Origin: a virus
IMG/VR virus record: IMGVR_UViG_3300047445_000406
Location: 1-64,000 of that record
Length of the DNA: 64,000 nt
Direction: 5' to 3' (one strand)
Each line of letters opens with the position of its first letter. Within the stretch, counting starts at the first letter, position 1. Below the pieces are notes generated by a model. It was not told where the DNA came from and ran no database searches. It saw only the letters and a list, made by a program, of their open reading frames with translations. A program made the translations under genes and the position numbers. Shown here piece by piece: positions 17,015 to 26,123 of the stretch.

Positions 17015-18259
17015 ATGGAACAATTCACCGGCTGGCAGTACATGCTGATCGATCTGGCCAACCATTTTGGTCATGACAAGCTGCTCTTCAGTGAGCGCAT
17101 CAAGTGGGCCGAGGACAACCTCACCCAGTTGGAACAACTCGCTGACCAAGCGGAGAACAAACCGCTGTACCACAAGGCAGTGCAGGCCATACGCAAGGTA
17201 CAGGCTGGTGAGCCCACCGGCCACATGGTCGGTTTCGATGCCTGCTGCTCCGGCATTCAGGTCATGAGTGCGCTCACCGGCTGTATTGCAGGTGCCACCA
17301 ACACCGGGCTGGTGGATCCGAATGTGCGGGCCGATGCCTATGGCCAGCTCACCTCGGTCATGCAAAACCTGCTGGGTTCTGGCTTCGGTGTCTCCCGCGG
17401 CGATGCCAAGCAGGCACTGATGACTTCGTTCTACGGCTCGAAACAGGAGCCGATCAACATCTTCGGTGCCGATACTCCGGAACTGTCGGCCTTCTATCAG
17501 GCCGCAGCAACGATCGCACCGGGTGCATGGGAACTGCTGCAGGATCTCTTGGCTTCATGGCAGCCGTATGCACTGGAGCACCGCTGGAAGCTGCCAGATG
17601 GTTTCGATGCCCGCGTCAAGGTGATGGAGAAACTGGACTCCCGCATCGAAGTCGATGAACTGGACCACGCCACCTTTACCTACGAGTTCTATGAGAACAA
17701 GGGCACCAAGACTGGCCTGTCCAATGTCGCCAACGTGGTGCACAGCGTGGATGCCTACGTGCTGCGCTGCATCCACCGTCGCTGCAACTATGACCGTGAG
17801 ATGGTAGAACAGGCTCACAAGCTGATTTCTTACACCTTGGGCCAGCGGGGCATGCTGCGCTGTGGCCACACCGGTAGCACGGGGGAACACTCCAAGGTGG
17901 ACTACTACGTGGGGCAGATGGATCGCTCTGGCATGGTTGATGTGGTGATCCTGCCCCATCTCACTGAATCCAGTATCCGGACGGTGCCTACGCTGTACCT
18001 ACGTCAGCTGGAAGCCATTTGCCTTACCATGCTGGCTCACAATCCCTTCAACGTAGTCACTATCCACGATGAGTTCAAGTGTGGTCCCAACCACATGAAC
18101 CACCTGCGCCAGCACTACATCAACATCTTCAGTGAACTGGCCGAGAGCCGTCTGCTGGACGATATCCTGTCGCAGCTGCATGGCGTACCGGGCACCTTCC
18201 ACAAGCTGTCCAACACCCTGCCACAACTGATCAAAGGATCCAACTATGCTCTCTCCTGA
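17015..18259 (+). CDS. RNA polymerase II subunit 2 (N4 gp16; catalytic half)
   Basis: Motif A FDACCSGIQ, motif B R-DAKQALMTSFYGS, ANVVHSVDA, motif C IHDEF, C-terminal SNYALS. Confidence 0.95.
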   Translation: MEQFTGWQYMLIDLANHFGHDKLLFSERIKWAEDNLTQLEQLADQAENKPLYHKAVQAIRKVQAGEPTGHMVGFDACCSGIQVMSALTGCIAGATNTGLVDPNVRADAYGQLTSVMQNLLGSGFGVSRGDAKQALMTSFYGSKQEPINIFGADTPELSAFYQAAATIAPGAWELLQDLLASWQPYALEHRWKLPDGFDARVKVMEKLDSRIEVDELDHATFTYEFYENKGTKTGLSNVANVVHSVDAYVLRCIHRRCNYDREMVEQAHKLISYTLGQRGMLRCGHTGSTGEHSKVDYYVGQMDRSGMVDVVILPHLTESSIRTVPTLYLRQLEAICLTMLAHNPFNVVTIHDEFKCGPNHMNHLRQHYINIFSELAESRLLDDILSQLHGVPGTFHKLSNTLPQLIKGSNYALS

Positions 18260-18437
18260 AATAGAGAAATACCGGGTAGCTGAACGTGAGCGCTGGCTTA
18301 GCAGCATGACTCCTGCAGATCGGGATCTATGTAACGCATGGCGAGACACCATCATCCAAGTAGGATGGGAAGTGTCTAGGCCTTACCTTGACCAGTTCAT
18401 CATATACATCAGCAACAAATACCTGCTACCTCAGTAA
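18246..18437 (+). CDS. Hypothetical protein
   Basis: AAGGA RBS; ends just before a terminator. Confidence 0.5.
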   Translation: MLSPEIEKYRVAERERWLSSMTPADRDLCNAWRDTIIQVGWEVSRPYLDQFIIYISNKYLLPQ

Positions 18438-18469
18438 AACAGCGGGCCGTCCCGGCCCTTCTACGATCC

Positions 18470-18507
18470 GTCCCCCTCACTGGAAACAGTGGAGGGGACT
18501 ATTTTTT
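18470..18507 (+). terminator. Intrinsic terminator ending the early region
   Basis: GTCCCCCTCACTG-GAAA-CAGTGGAGGGGAC-TATTTTTT. Confidence 0.85.
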
Positions 18508-18541
18508 AAACCAGCACATTAGAGATCCAAGGAGACAGTCC

Positions 18542-19186
18542 ATGGTCCATGGCAAAGCCCTGATCATCCTGCGCAACGAAGGCCGTGACAGCTATCTGTA
18601 CGGCGACTGCCATATCCAGACCTGCAACTCCAACGGCAAGCCAGGTAATGAGGATGCCTGGCAGTATGCCGACGAAATGCTGAACTGCGATCTGTCCCTG
18701 GCTTTACCAAACAAGGTGAGCCTGGAAGCGGGCGACGCCATCTGGTTGCAGGTAACCTACGAGATCCACTACGTCCGCGGCGATGGCTGGACCACCGATG
18801 ACGATGTGGACGTGTACTTCAACAAGGTGCGGGTGCTGAAGAAGCGCATCGCCAAAGAGAACCGACCGGAGAAGCTGTTGCTGGCCAAGACCCTGCTGAA
18901 CAAGATTGTGGACTACTGCCACACCTTCCCAGGCGACTGGGCCGTCAAAGACCTGGCCAAATTGGCCGGCATGGTTGGCATGCAGGTGGAGCCCTTCCTG
19001 CGCAGCACGCTGGACATGACTTCCCAGGAGCACATCGAAGCCATCCGGAAGAAGCTGCCGGAGGCTTTCCCACGGCCGATCCGAACAGGTCCGATCAAGG
19101 TCGAGACGAACATCCATGGCGCCTGGCGGGTGGTCCCAGATACCACCAAAAAGATGCCAGACAAACAAGAAGTGCCTTATCTGTAG
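18542..19186 (+). CDS. Hypothetical protein
   Basis: RBS AAGGAG; 214 aa. Confidence 0.7.
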   Translation: MVHGKALIILRNEGRDSYLYGDCHIQTCNSNGKPGNEDAWQYADEMLNCDLSLALPNKVSLEAGDAIWLQVTYEIHYVRGDGWTTDDDVDVYFNKVRVLKKRIAKENRPEKLLLAKTLLNKIVDYCHTFPGDWAVKDLAKLAGMVGMQVEPFLRSTLDMTSQEHIEAIRKKLPEAFPRPIRTGPIKVETNIHGAWRVVPDTTKKMPDKQEVPYL

Positions 19187-19309
19187 AAGTTTTGACAACT
19201 TCCGAGGGTGACGCCCAAAACACCCGAACCGATAAGCTAACTTCGCAAAAAATCGATTTTCCTACCATAGACAGCCGATATACTATCGGCCTTTCTCAGG
19301 AGCATAAAA

Positions 19310-20002
19310 ATGGCAGTAGACAACAGTACCAGGAGCCTGGTTTGTGATATTTATGACAAGCGTCGCACTACCATGACAGTCAAGGCCATGGCCCATATGG
19401 CCGGCGTCAGTACCCGTACCTTCAACCGAATCCTGGTGGCCACCGGCCGGGCGACCAAGCACAACCTGGCACTGGATGAAGCCAGGAAGTTCACCAAGGT
19501 GTTGAACAAGTACAACATGCTGGAGCCCAAGGCCTTGGACCAGGCACTGAAGGAATGGTCGGATGGACAAGGTAGACTGTTTAACAACGTCAAGCCCCAT
19601 GTCATGGCGCCGGTGACCGACGGCACTGAATTTTGCCTGGCCGTGTGCTATGCCTTTGACCACCTCTCCGCTGTGGTTTCGCATCAGGAAGGGGACAAGG
19701 TCATCGTGGATCATGAAGCCACGATTAAAGCTACAGAAGCCTCCAGCTTCTTCAAGCTAAAGCTCAAGCCAGCCGAAATCATCAGCGCCATCACCAAGGA
19801 ACAAGTCCAGGCCTACCTGAACAAAGCCAGTGTGGGTGAACTGGCCGGCCTGTTCTATGCCAGTGGCCTGCTGAAGATCGCAGAGATTCACAACACGTCG
19901 GTCATGGCCGGCACCCTCAAACATCAACAGGCTGCCAGGGACGCGGCCCAACCACCAGTGAAGGTGAGCTATGCAGCCCAACCAGTCTACAAAAACGCCT
20001 GA
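19310..20002 (+). CDS. Putative helix-turn-helix DNA-binding protein
   Basis: TVKAMAHMAGVSTRTFNRIL is an HTH-like signature; RBS AGGAG. Confidence 0.65.
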   Translation: MAVDNSTRSLVCDIYDKRRTTMTVKAMAHMAGVSTRTFNRILVATGRATKHNLALDEARKFTKVLNKYNMLEPKALDQALKEWSDGQGRLFNNVKPHVMAPVTDGTEFCLAVCYAFDHLSAVVSHQEGDKVIVDHEATIKATEASSFFKLKLKPAEIISAITKEQVQAYLNKASVGELAGLFYASGLLKIAEIHNTSVMAGTLKHQQAARDAAQPPVKVSYAAQPVYKNA

Positions 20003-20183
20003 TACCAAGGCTGAACCGAACATCAAGCCCGTTCCCATGCCAGTCTACCCGACCATGGAATCACTGGGCTCGGTCATTGACCTGGCTTACTCCCAGTTGC
20101 CGGATGTTCCACAGAACAAAGTCATGGCTCTGTTCATGACTTACCACAATACCCTGCTGAAGAAATTGGAGGAATCCCAGTGA
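19971..20183 (+). CDS. Conserved N4-like small protein
   Basis: PVYPTMESL-SVIDLA-SQLP...MTYHNTLLK motif. Confidence 0.65.
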   Translation: MQPNQSTKTPDTKAEPNIKPVPMPVYPTMESLGSVIDLAYSQLPDVPQNKVMALFMTYHNTLLKKLEESQ

Positions 20184-20395
20184 GCAACTGTGATCATCGT
20201 AAGAAGAACAAGTCTAAGCATGTTCTATGGGAAGCAATGACCACTGAAGAACTACTCAACATGCTGGGTAAGAAAGGCCGTGCCAAGTCAATCCGCTCTA
20301 TCCTGCGTAAACGAATCCAAGCAGCCAACATCTTGCTGCCTGAAGACAAGAAGATTCCGCTTGGACCGATCAACAAAGGACTTCAACTGTACTAA
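20180..20395 (+). CDS. Small basic hypothetical protein
   Basis: GGAGG RBS, GTG start overlapping the previous stop. Confidence 0.55.
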   Translation: MSNCDHRKKNKSKHVLWEAMTTEELLNMLGKKGRAKSIRSILRKRIQAANILLPEDKKIPLGPINKGLQLY

Positions 20396-20403
20396 GAGAG
20401 ATC

Positions 20404-20631
20404 ATGGAAGAAGAGCCAGTGATCATTCAGATGGCTCGATTCATCGTTAAACGCGCCATTGTCAATCTGAAAGTGCCAGACAGACCTACTGGAGAAACCA
20501 AGATCTGCACGTGTTGCAAGCGTAGGTATGATGCAGCCTCGTTTACCTTGAATCCATCTGGATTCCCCCACACTGAAGATTGCTTGTATAAGAAAGCACA
20601 AGCGATCGTCTTACTCGCACCGGAGAAATAA
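20404..20631 (+). CDS. Small putative Zn-binding protein
   Basis: CTCC...H-EDC. Confidence 0.55.
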   Translation: MEEEPVIIQMARFIVKRAIVNLKVPDRPTGETKICTCCKRRYDAASFTLNPSGFPHTEDCLYKKAQAIVLLAPEK

Positions 20632-20912
20632 TGGAACTCAAACCAGAAGACCTGGTGATCGAGCCCTGGAGAAGTCGCGGTATCCGTATTACCCACACGC
20701 CCACCAGTGCCATGGTGATGTGTGATACCGAAGACAACATCAATCGTAACCGCGGCCTGGCGCTGGAAATGCTCCATGCCAAGCTGAAGCACATCGTCGC
20801 ACACCGACCGGAAGGCGCCGTGCAGCTGTGGCTAGACCATGAGACAGGCTTGCTGACCGAGTCCACCACTGGCCGCGGTAGCTGGTACATCCCCTACACC
20901 CCGAAAGGTTAA
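20631..20912 (+). CDS. Peptide chain release factor (RF-1/ArfB-type) domain-like protein lacking GGQ
   Basis: LKPEDLVIE...GIRITHTPTSAMVMCDTEDNINRNRGLALEMLHAKL parallels the RF consensus DLRID...[22 protein letters not shown]+--A---L-A+L. Confidence 0.65.
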   Translation: MELKPEDLVIEPWRSRGIRITHTPTSAMVMCDTEDNINRNRGLALEMLHAKLKHIVAHRPEGAVQLWLDHETGLLTESTTGRGSWYIPYTPKG

Positions 20913-20916
20913 GCCA

Positions 20917-21411
20917 ATGAATGAACCTCGCAAGCCTATTGTCATCCTGTGCACCGAAGCCCAGGCCAAGCAGTATGGCAAGCTGCTGCAGCACTTCTAC
21001 CAGCTGCCACGCATCCGCCACAACTGGTTTGGTACCCTGGACCTGCCGACCTACGACTCCCTGTACCTGACCCAGAGTAAGGACGTGTTCAAGTCCGTCA
21101 GGGAAATCGACGTAATCCGTACCCTGACCTTCGAGGAAGCAGCCAAGGATTACAACCTGGCCATTCCGCTGACCCGCTTCCGCTTTGGCCGGCCACGTCG
21201 CCCAGGTGAATACCAAACACCAGCCAGTGATCGCAGTCAGGGTGGACGGCGCTGGTGGAATGGTAAGTACTGGTCCAAAGAATACAACCTGCTGTCTCCA
21301 TCCTCGGCAAGGAATAAGCTGGCCGGTGAACGCTCACCAGTGGCCACGCCCAAGAACACCATGTTCCGTGGTCTGATGCAGGCACCAATTTACCTGGATT
21401 CAGTGGGGTAA
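20917..21411 (+). CDS. Hypothetical protein
   Basis: 164 aa; C-terminal P-RPGEYQ...RWWNGKYWS motif. Confidence 0.65.
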   Translation: MNEPRKPIVILCTEAQAKQYGKLLQHFYQLPRIRHNWFGTLDLPTYDSLYLTQSKDVFKSVREIDVIRTLTFEEAAKDYNLAIPLTRFRFGRPRRPGEYQTPASDRSQGGRRWWNGKYWSKEYNLLSPSSARNKLAGERSPVATPKNTMFRGLMQAPIYLDSVG

Positions 21412-21413
21412 TC

Positions 21414-21620
21414 ATGAGCCTGCGTAATGAAGCCATTTCGATCATCCAGGAACTTTCAACCTACCTACGTGCCCATATTCCGGATCGGAATTGCAGCTGT
21501 CACCTGAGCCCGCCATGCAGTGATTGCATAGACTACGGTGCCCAAAGGTCACTGGCTTCCGATGCCGAAGATCTGGTCAGAAAACTGAAGGCTGCTGAAC
21601 TGATTGATCCTGAAGGTTGA
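21414..21620 (+). CDS. Small Cys-rich protein
   Basis: NCSCHLSPPCSDC motif. Confidence 0.65.
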   Translation: MSLRNEAISIIQELSTYLRAHIPDRNCSCHLSPPCSDCIDYGAQRSLASDAEDLVRKLKAAELIDPEG

Positions 21621-21700
21621 TCTTCATTGCGTCCTCCGGACGCTTCTACGTAGCTTTCCCTTCATCCAACAAACCCATCCAAACCATCATAGGAGCCGTC

Positions 21701-22762
21701 ATGGCCACTGTACTGAAACTCACCCCTTCCCAGGCCCGTAGCGCGATCGTGAAGGCCATCCAGGCCCATCTGGTACCCATGCTGCATGGCAGCCCGGCCA
21801 TCGGTAAATCCTCCATCGTGCACAGCATCGCCGAGGAATTCAACCTGAAGCTGATCGACCTGCGCCTGTCCCAGTGCGACCCGACTGACCTGCTTGGCTT
21901 CCCCACGGTGGTGAGCGGCCGAGCCACCTACACACCGATGGACACCTTCCCGATCGCCGGCGACAACCTGCCGGAGATCCTGGATGCCGACGGCAAGGGG
22001 ACCGGCAAGCACTATGCAGGCTGGCTGCTGTTCCTGGACGAGCTGCCCACTGCTCCCCCTGCAGTACAGGCAGCGGCCTACAAGCTGATCCTGGACCGCA
22101 TGGTGGGCAATCACATGCTGCACAAGAAACTGGCCATCGTCGGCGCCGGCAACCTGGAATCGGACAATGCCCTGGTGAGCCCGATGTCCACTGCCCTGCA
22201 GTCGCGCATGGTGCACCTGCAGCTGCGCATGGATGTGGCCGAATGGCTGGACTGGGCACGCAGCAACAATATCGACTTCCGCATCACCTCGTATGTGGAC
22301 TTCAAGAAGGAAGTGCTGTACACCTTCCAGCCGGACCACACCGACCACACCTATGCCTCGCCCCGCACCTGGCACTTCGCCGACGCCATCATCAAGGTGA
22401 TCAAGACCGTGGAAGACACCGATGCGCAATCGCTGCTGGGCGGCTGCCTGAGCGAAGGCGTGGCTTCGGAGTTCATCGAATTCTGCCGCATCGAATCCGA
22501 GATCCCGAAGATGCGCGACATCATCGCCGATCCGGGCAATGTACGGGTGCCGAGCGAAGCCTCGTTCCTGTACCTGCTGTGCGGCTCGATCGGTGCCAAT
22601 GCGACCAAGGACCACCTGGATGCTGTCGCCACCTACGTGAAACGCTTCCCGGCCGAGTTCCAGGTCATCGGCCTGAAGAACATCGTCAAGCGTGACAACA
22701 CGGCCATGGCCCACCCAGCGATCCAGAAGTGGATTGCCACCTCCGGCGCCAAGCTGTTCTAA
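21701..22762 (+). CDS. MoxR-like AAA+ ATPase (N4 gp24)
   Basis: Walker A GSPAIGKS, LIDLRLSQCDPTDLLGFP, Walker B LFLDE, AGN, ALQSRM, SPRTW; ATG 21701 with AGGAG. Confidence 0.9.
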   Translation: MATVLKLTPSQARSAIVKAIQAHLVPMLHGSPAIGKSSIVHSIAEEFNLKLIDLRLSQCDPTDLLGFPTVVSGRATYTPMDTFPIAGDNLPEILDADGKGTGKHYAGWLLFLDELPTAPPAVQAAAYKLILDRMVGNHMLHKKLAIVGAGNLESDNALVSPMSTALQSRMVHLQLRMDVAEWLDWARSNNIDFRITSYVDFKKEVLYTFQPDHTDHTYASPRTWHFADAIIKVIKTVEDTDAQSLLGGCLSEGVASEFIEFCRIESEIPKMRDIIADPGNVRVPSEASFLYLLCGSIGANATKDHLDAVATYVKRFPAEFQVIGLKNIVKRDNTAMAHPAIQKWIATSGAKLF

Positions 22763-22896
22763 GGCAAAGACCGTGGGTGCGCATTACAAGAACGGGGTGC
22801 CTGTGCCCATCACACGCTGGGAGGGATCCTGGGCGTGGGAGCAGCAACAGGCACGTGAAGCCAAGAAAGAACAAGCCAGAAAGGAGCAGGAACGCT

Positions 22897-23133
22897 ATGA
22901 GAATCACCCAAGGCTTCGTAGCCGTCACCCCTGACGGTGAATATGTACAGTGGTGGCAACGCAGCACCCATACCGGTTACCGTACCGAGTTTGGCACCAC
23001 CACCAAGATTGATGAGGCGACAGTGAATCCTTATCCCAAGCTGCGTCAGGCAGACGGCATGCCGCAGCACACCTGGGTACCGGTAGAGCTGCGCGTGGAA
23101 GTCGTCTTAAAAGGCTACGGAGTCAAACCATGA
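22897..23133 (+). CDS. Hypothetical protein
   Basis: AGGA RBS; begins MRITQGFVAV. Confidence 0.55.
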   Translation: MRITQGFVAVTPDGEYVQWWQRSTHTGYRTEFGTTTKIDEATVNPYPKLRQADGMPQHTWVPVELRVEVVLKGYGVKP

Positions 23134-23456
23134 TTACCCAAGCCGACATCGACGCCACCGAGCGCGGTGAAACCATCTGGGGCACCACCCGGTGCCTGCC
23201 GGAGGTATGGGACATCCCGCCTCACTTCCTGATCGACATCTACAACGGCACGTCGTATGGCAGGATGATCATCGCCTGGTATACCGGTGACCCGATCCCT
23301 GACGTACAGGTCACCTTCAATCCTGGCTTCAAAGCCGATGGGCAGGGATTGAAGCAATTCATCATGGCCCACCTGAAGACCATGATCCCCAATCACGATC
23401 ACAAGATCGGGGGTTGTGCCTATCTGCTGTCCCAGGTAATCACCATCAAGGAGTAG
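23130..23456 (+). CDS. Hypothetical protein
   Basis: GGAG RBS, ATGA coupling. Confidence 0.6.
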   Translation: MITQADIDATERGETIWGTTRCLPEVWDIPPHFLIDIYNGTSYGRMIIAWYTGDPIPDVQVTFNPGFKADGQGLKQFIMAHLKTMIPNHDHKIGGCAYLLSQVITIKE

Positions 23457-23459
23457 CAC

Positions 23460-23648
23460 ATGGAAGTCGACAACGTACATCAGCACTTCACCATCCTGAA
23501 ACTGACGGATGAAGAAGCCAACTGGCTGAACGGCGTCATGCAGAATTCCTTGCATGGCGAAGATGAAATCAAGGCAGACCAGGACATGCGTGAGAAATTC
23601 TTCAACGCAACCCGTGCTGTAGCACTCGACTACCGTAGCCCTCGCTAA
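23460..23648 (+). CDS. Hypothetical protein
   Basis: AAGGAG RBS; LKLTDEEANWLNGVMQN. Confidence 0.65.
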   Translation: MEVDNVHQHFTILKLTDEEANWLNGVMQNSLHGEDEIKADQDMREKFFNATRAVALDYRSPR

Positions 23649-23760
23649 AACAACATTGTGGTGTCGCATTGTTGCTTGCGTGCTTGAACCCTCAGAAGTT
23701 GTGTACTACTGTGAGATTGTCACACGACACTTTCAACATACAACTTTTCCAGGAGTCAAC

Positions 23761-24066
23761 ATGGGCAATGTCTCTGGCACCCCAACTGCGACGCTCCGAC
23801 AGGCGCTGTACGACCTGCTCGAAGGGGGTAGTTTCCGTTTTGATGTCAAAACCCGTAGTCTCATCAGTGAAGCAGAGAAGGCGCTGCGTGCCACCAAGCC
23901 GATCGCCGTGCATGAACGGGCCGTCGGCCTGTTCTGCTACGACAAAGATGAGCATGCCTTCCTGCCGGTACCAGAAGAGCTGGGGCTGGATGAGTGTGGC
24001 AAGCCGAAACCAGGATGCGAATACCTGTTCCGGCAGCCGGCATCCCTGGTGCAGCTCACTGCATAG
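23761..24066 (+). CDS. Hypothetical protein
   Basis: AGGAG RBS before ATG 23761. Confidence 0.6.
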   Translation: MGNVSGTPTATLRQALYDLLEGGSFRFDVKTRSLISEAEKALRATKPIAVHERAVGLFCYDKDEHAFLPVPEELGLDECGKPKPGCEYLFRQPASLVQLTA

Positions 24067-24088
24067 CTGAAACACCAACCCAGTATAG

Positions 24089-24112
24089 AAGCCACCTTCG
24101 GGTGGCTTTTTT
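24089..24112 (+). terminator. Intrinsic terminator
   Basis: AAGCCACC-TTCG-GGTGGCTT-TTTT (cUUCGg tetraloop). Confidence 0.9.
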
Positions 24113-24128
24113 CATTTCAGGAGAAACA

Positions 24129-24371
24129 ATGTTTGCATTTATTCGCAAGATGGAGAGCTGGATGGAGCCTCCTAAAACCACCGCATTGGAAGATGCCATT
24201 GCTGGCTTGGCTGATGCCGAGAAGCAAGCACTAACCGAACAAACCATGGCAGAATACGCCGCTGCTGAGGTCATCTGCCACAGGGCAATGGCCGAGTTCC
24301 AGCAGAAACGTGCTGCCCGCCTGCAAGCTTACGTCCACGACAAGACTAATGGCAAGCCGGCACCCGATTAA
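24129..24371 (+). CDS. Coiled-coil hypothetical protein
   Basis: AGGAG RBS before ATG 24129. Confidence 0.6.
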   Translation: MFAFIRKMESWMEPPKTTALEDAIAGLADAEKQALTEQTMAEYAAAEVICHRAMAEFQQKRAARLQAYVHDKTNGKPAPD

Positions 24372-24380
24372 GGAATCGCC

Positions 24381-24860
24381 ATGTCGAACGAACGCACCAT
24401 CACCCTGACCATCCTGGCTTCCCAGAAAGAGCTGGCCCAGAAAATTCTGGAACCTAATCTGGGAAAGCCGGACGATGAAAATGACTTCATCGTCAATGCT
24501 GATCCGGCGCTGCACTATATGCAGTACTACGAAGCCAAGGATGCCCATTTCACCAAACCCCTGGTGGAACTGAAGAATGCCGGCATTGCCTGGGACTATG
24601 AATACAGTCGTGGTGAAGACATGGACAGTCAGCCGGGTGAAGACCATCTGCGCTTTACCGACACCGGTGAAGCCATCATCACCGGCTGGCTGGAAGAGGA
24701 CCAGTACATCTCAGTGCGTGATCTGATGGAAGCCCTGGACCATCCGAGATTGCTGCGTGCACGCATCCTGGAAGCAGACGCCAAGCTGCAGGTGATGTCC
24801 TGGACAGACCAGGAAGAATATGGCAAACGCCACAAGGCAGCGATGTACCTGTCATCGTAG
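24381..24860 (+). CDS. Hypothetical protein
   Basis: AAGGA RBS; 159 aa, acidic. Confidence 0.7.
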   Translation: MSNERTITLTILASQKELAQKILEPNLGKPDDENDFIVNADPALHYMQYYEAKDAHFTKPLVELKNAGIAWDYEYSRGEDMDSQPGEDHLRFTDTGEAIITGWLEEDQYISVRDLMEALDHPRLLRARILEADAKLQVMSWTDQEEYGKRHKAAMYLSS

Positions 24861-24935
24861 CCAGTACCACCCGTAACATCTCCTTGAGAGGCGTGCCTCC
24901 GGCCGCCCTGATGACTTTCCCCTACCGAGGACACC

Positions 24936-26123
24936 ATGCAAATGAACGATCTCCAGACTGCCCTGGACCGCGCCAAGATTGGCCTGATGCAGACCCGTGA
25001 CAGCGCCTTCTTTACCACCATCGCCTTCAGCCTGAAGCATATCTGGGACGACACCCAGCGCACTGCCTATGTTGATGGCGTACACATGGGCTGGAATCCG
25101 GAGTTCTTCATGAAGATGACCCCGGATGAACGCATCGGTGTGATGGTGCATGAGGCCTGCCACATGGCCTTCGACCACATCGGCCTGCAGCTACTGCACC
25201 CGGACTGGTGCCCGGACCTGTTGAACCAGGCGGCCGACCACGTTATCAACCTGATGCTGAAGGAACGTGGTTTCCAGCTGCCGCATCCGCACCTGGCTGA
25301 GGACCGTTTCAAGGGCATGCACACCGAACAGATCTACAAGATCCTGGCCGATGAAGCGGCCCAGGGCAAGCCCATGCCACAACTGCCGATGGCCGACCTG
25401 CGGCCACCAAAGCCAGGCGATGAACCGGGCGCCGGCAGCGGTCCCAATCCGGGTACCGGCATGACGCCGGAACAGCTGACCAAGCACATCCAGGGCATCA
25501 TCGTGCGTGCCTCGCTCCAGTCGAAAATGGCCGGTGACAAGCCGGGCACCATTCCTGGCGAGATTGAGCTGTACCTGGACAACCTGTTCAATCCCAAGCT
25601 GCCGTGGACCACGCTGCTGCGCCGCTTTCTGACCGAATTCAGCAAGAACGACTACAGCTGGAAGAAGCCGAATCGCCGTTTCTTCCCGGATCATTATCTG
25701 CCATCGCTGTACAGCATGAACCTGACCGAGCTGGACTTCTACGTCGACATCTCCGGATCGGTGGAAGACTACCAGTTCCAAATCTTCGTCTCTGAGATTG
25801 CCGGCGTGATGAAGTTCATGAAGCCAAAGAAGCTGACCATCATCCAGTTCGATACCCGTATCCAGCACGTCAACGAGGTGCGTTCGATCCAGGAACTGAT
25901 GCAGGTCAAATTCCATGGCCGTGGTGGCACCAGTGTGCGCGAGGTCATGGAGCGCATCAGCAAGGAAAAGAAGGCCTTGTCGCTGATCTTCACCGATGGC
26001 GAATTCCACTGGCCCAAGAACCCACCCAAACAACGCATTCTGTGGCTGATCAACGATAACCCCAGACTGCAACCCACCTTCGGCCATACGGTGCACTTCA
26101 GCACCAAGGACTACACCAAATGA
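24936..26123 (+). CDS. Metallopeptidase-vWA protein (DUF2201-type; N4 gp25)
   Basis: HExxH (VHEACH), N-AADHVINL, MIDAS DISGS, GRGGT, FTDG. Confidence 0.9.
   Translation: MQMNDLQTALDRAKIGLMQTRDSAFFTTIAFSLKHIWDDTQRTAYVDGVHMGWNPEFFMKMTPDERIGVMVHEACHMAFDHIGLQLLHPDWCPDLLNQAADHVINLMLKERGFQLPHPHLAEDRFKGMHTEQIYKILADEAAQGKPMPQLPMADLRPPKPGDEPGAGSGPNPGTGMTPEQLTKHIQGIIVRASLQSKMAGDKPGTIPGEIELYLDNLFNPKLPWTTLLRRFLTEFSKNDYSWKKPNRRFFPDHYLPSLYSMNLTELDFYVDISGSVEDYQFQIFVSEIAGVMKFMKPKKLTIIQFDTRIQHVNEVRSIQELMQVKFHGRGGTSVREVMERISKEKKALSLIFTDGEFHWPKNPPKQRILWLINDNPRLQPTFGHTVHFSTKDYTK

Noticed and set aside
18444-18458. GGGCCG-TCC-CGGCCC hairpin as a fifth vRNAP promoter
   Set aside because: The closing pair is reversed (G-GGA-C on the template), the CATG-NNN-TGG tail is missing, and it fires directly into a terminator.
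24896-24904. GCC-TCC-GGC mini-hairpin before the metallopeptidase gene
   Set aside because: Only a 3-bp stem with no downstream consensus; likely chance.
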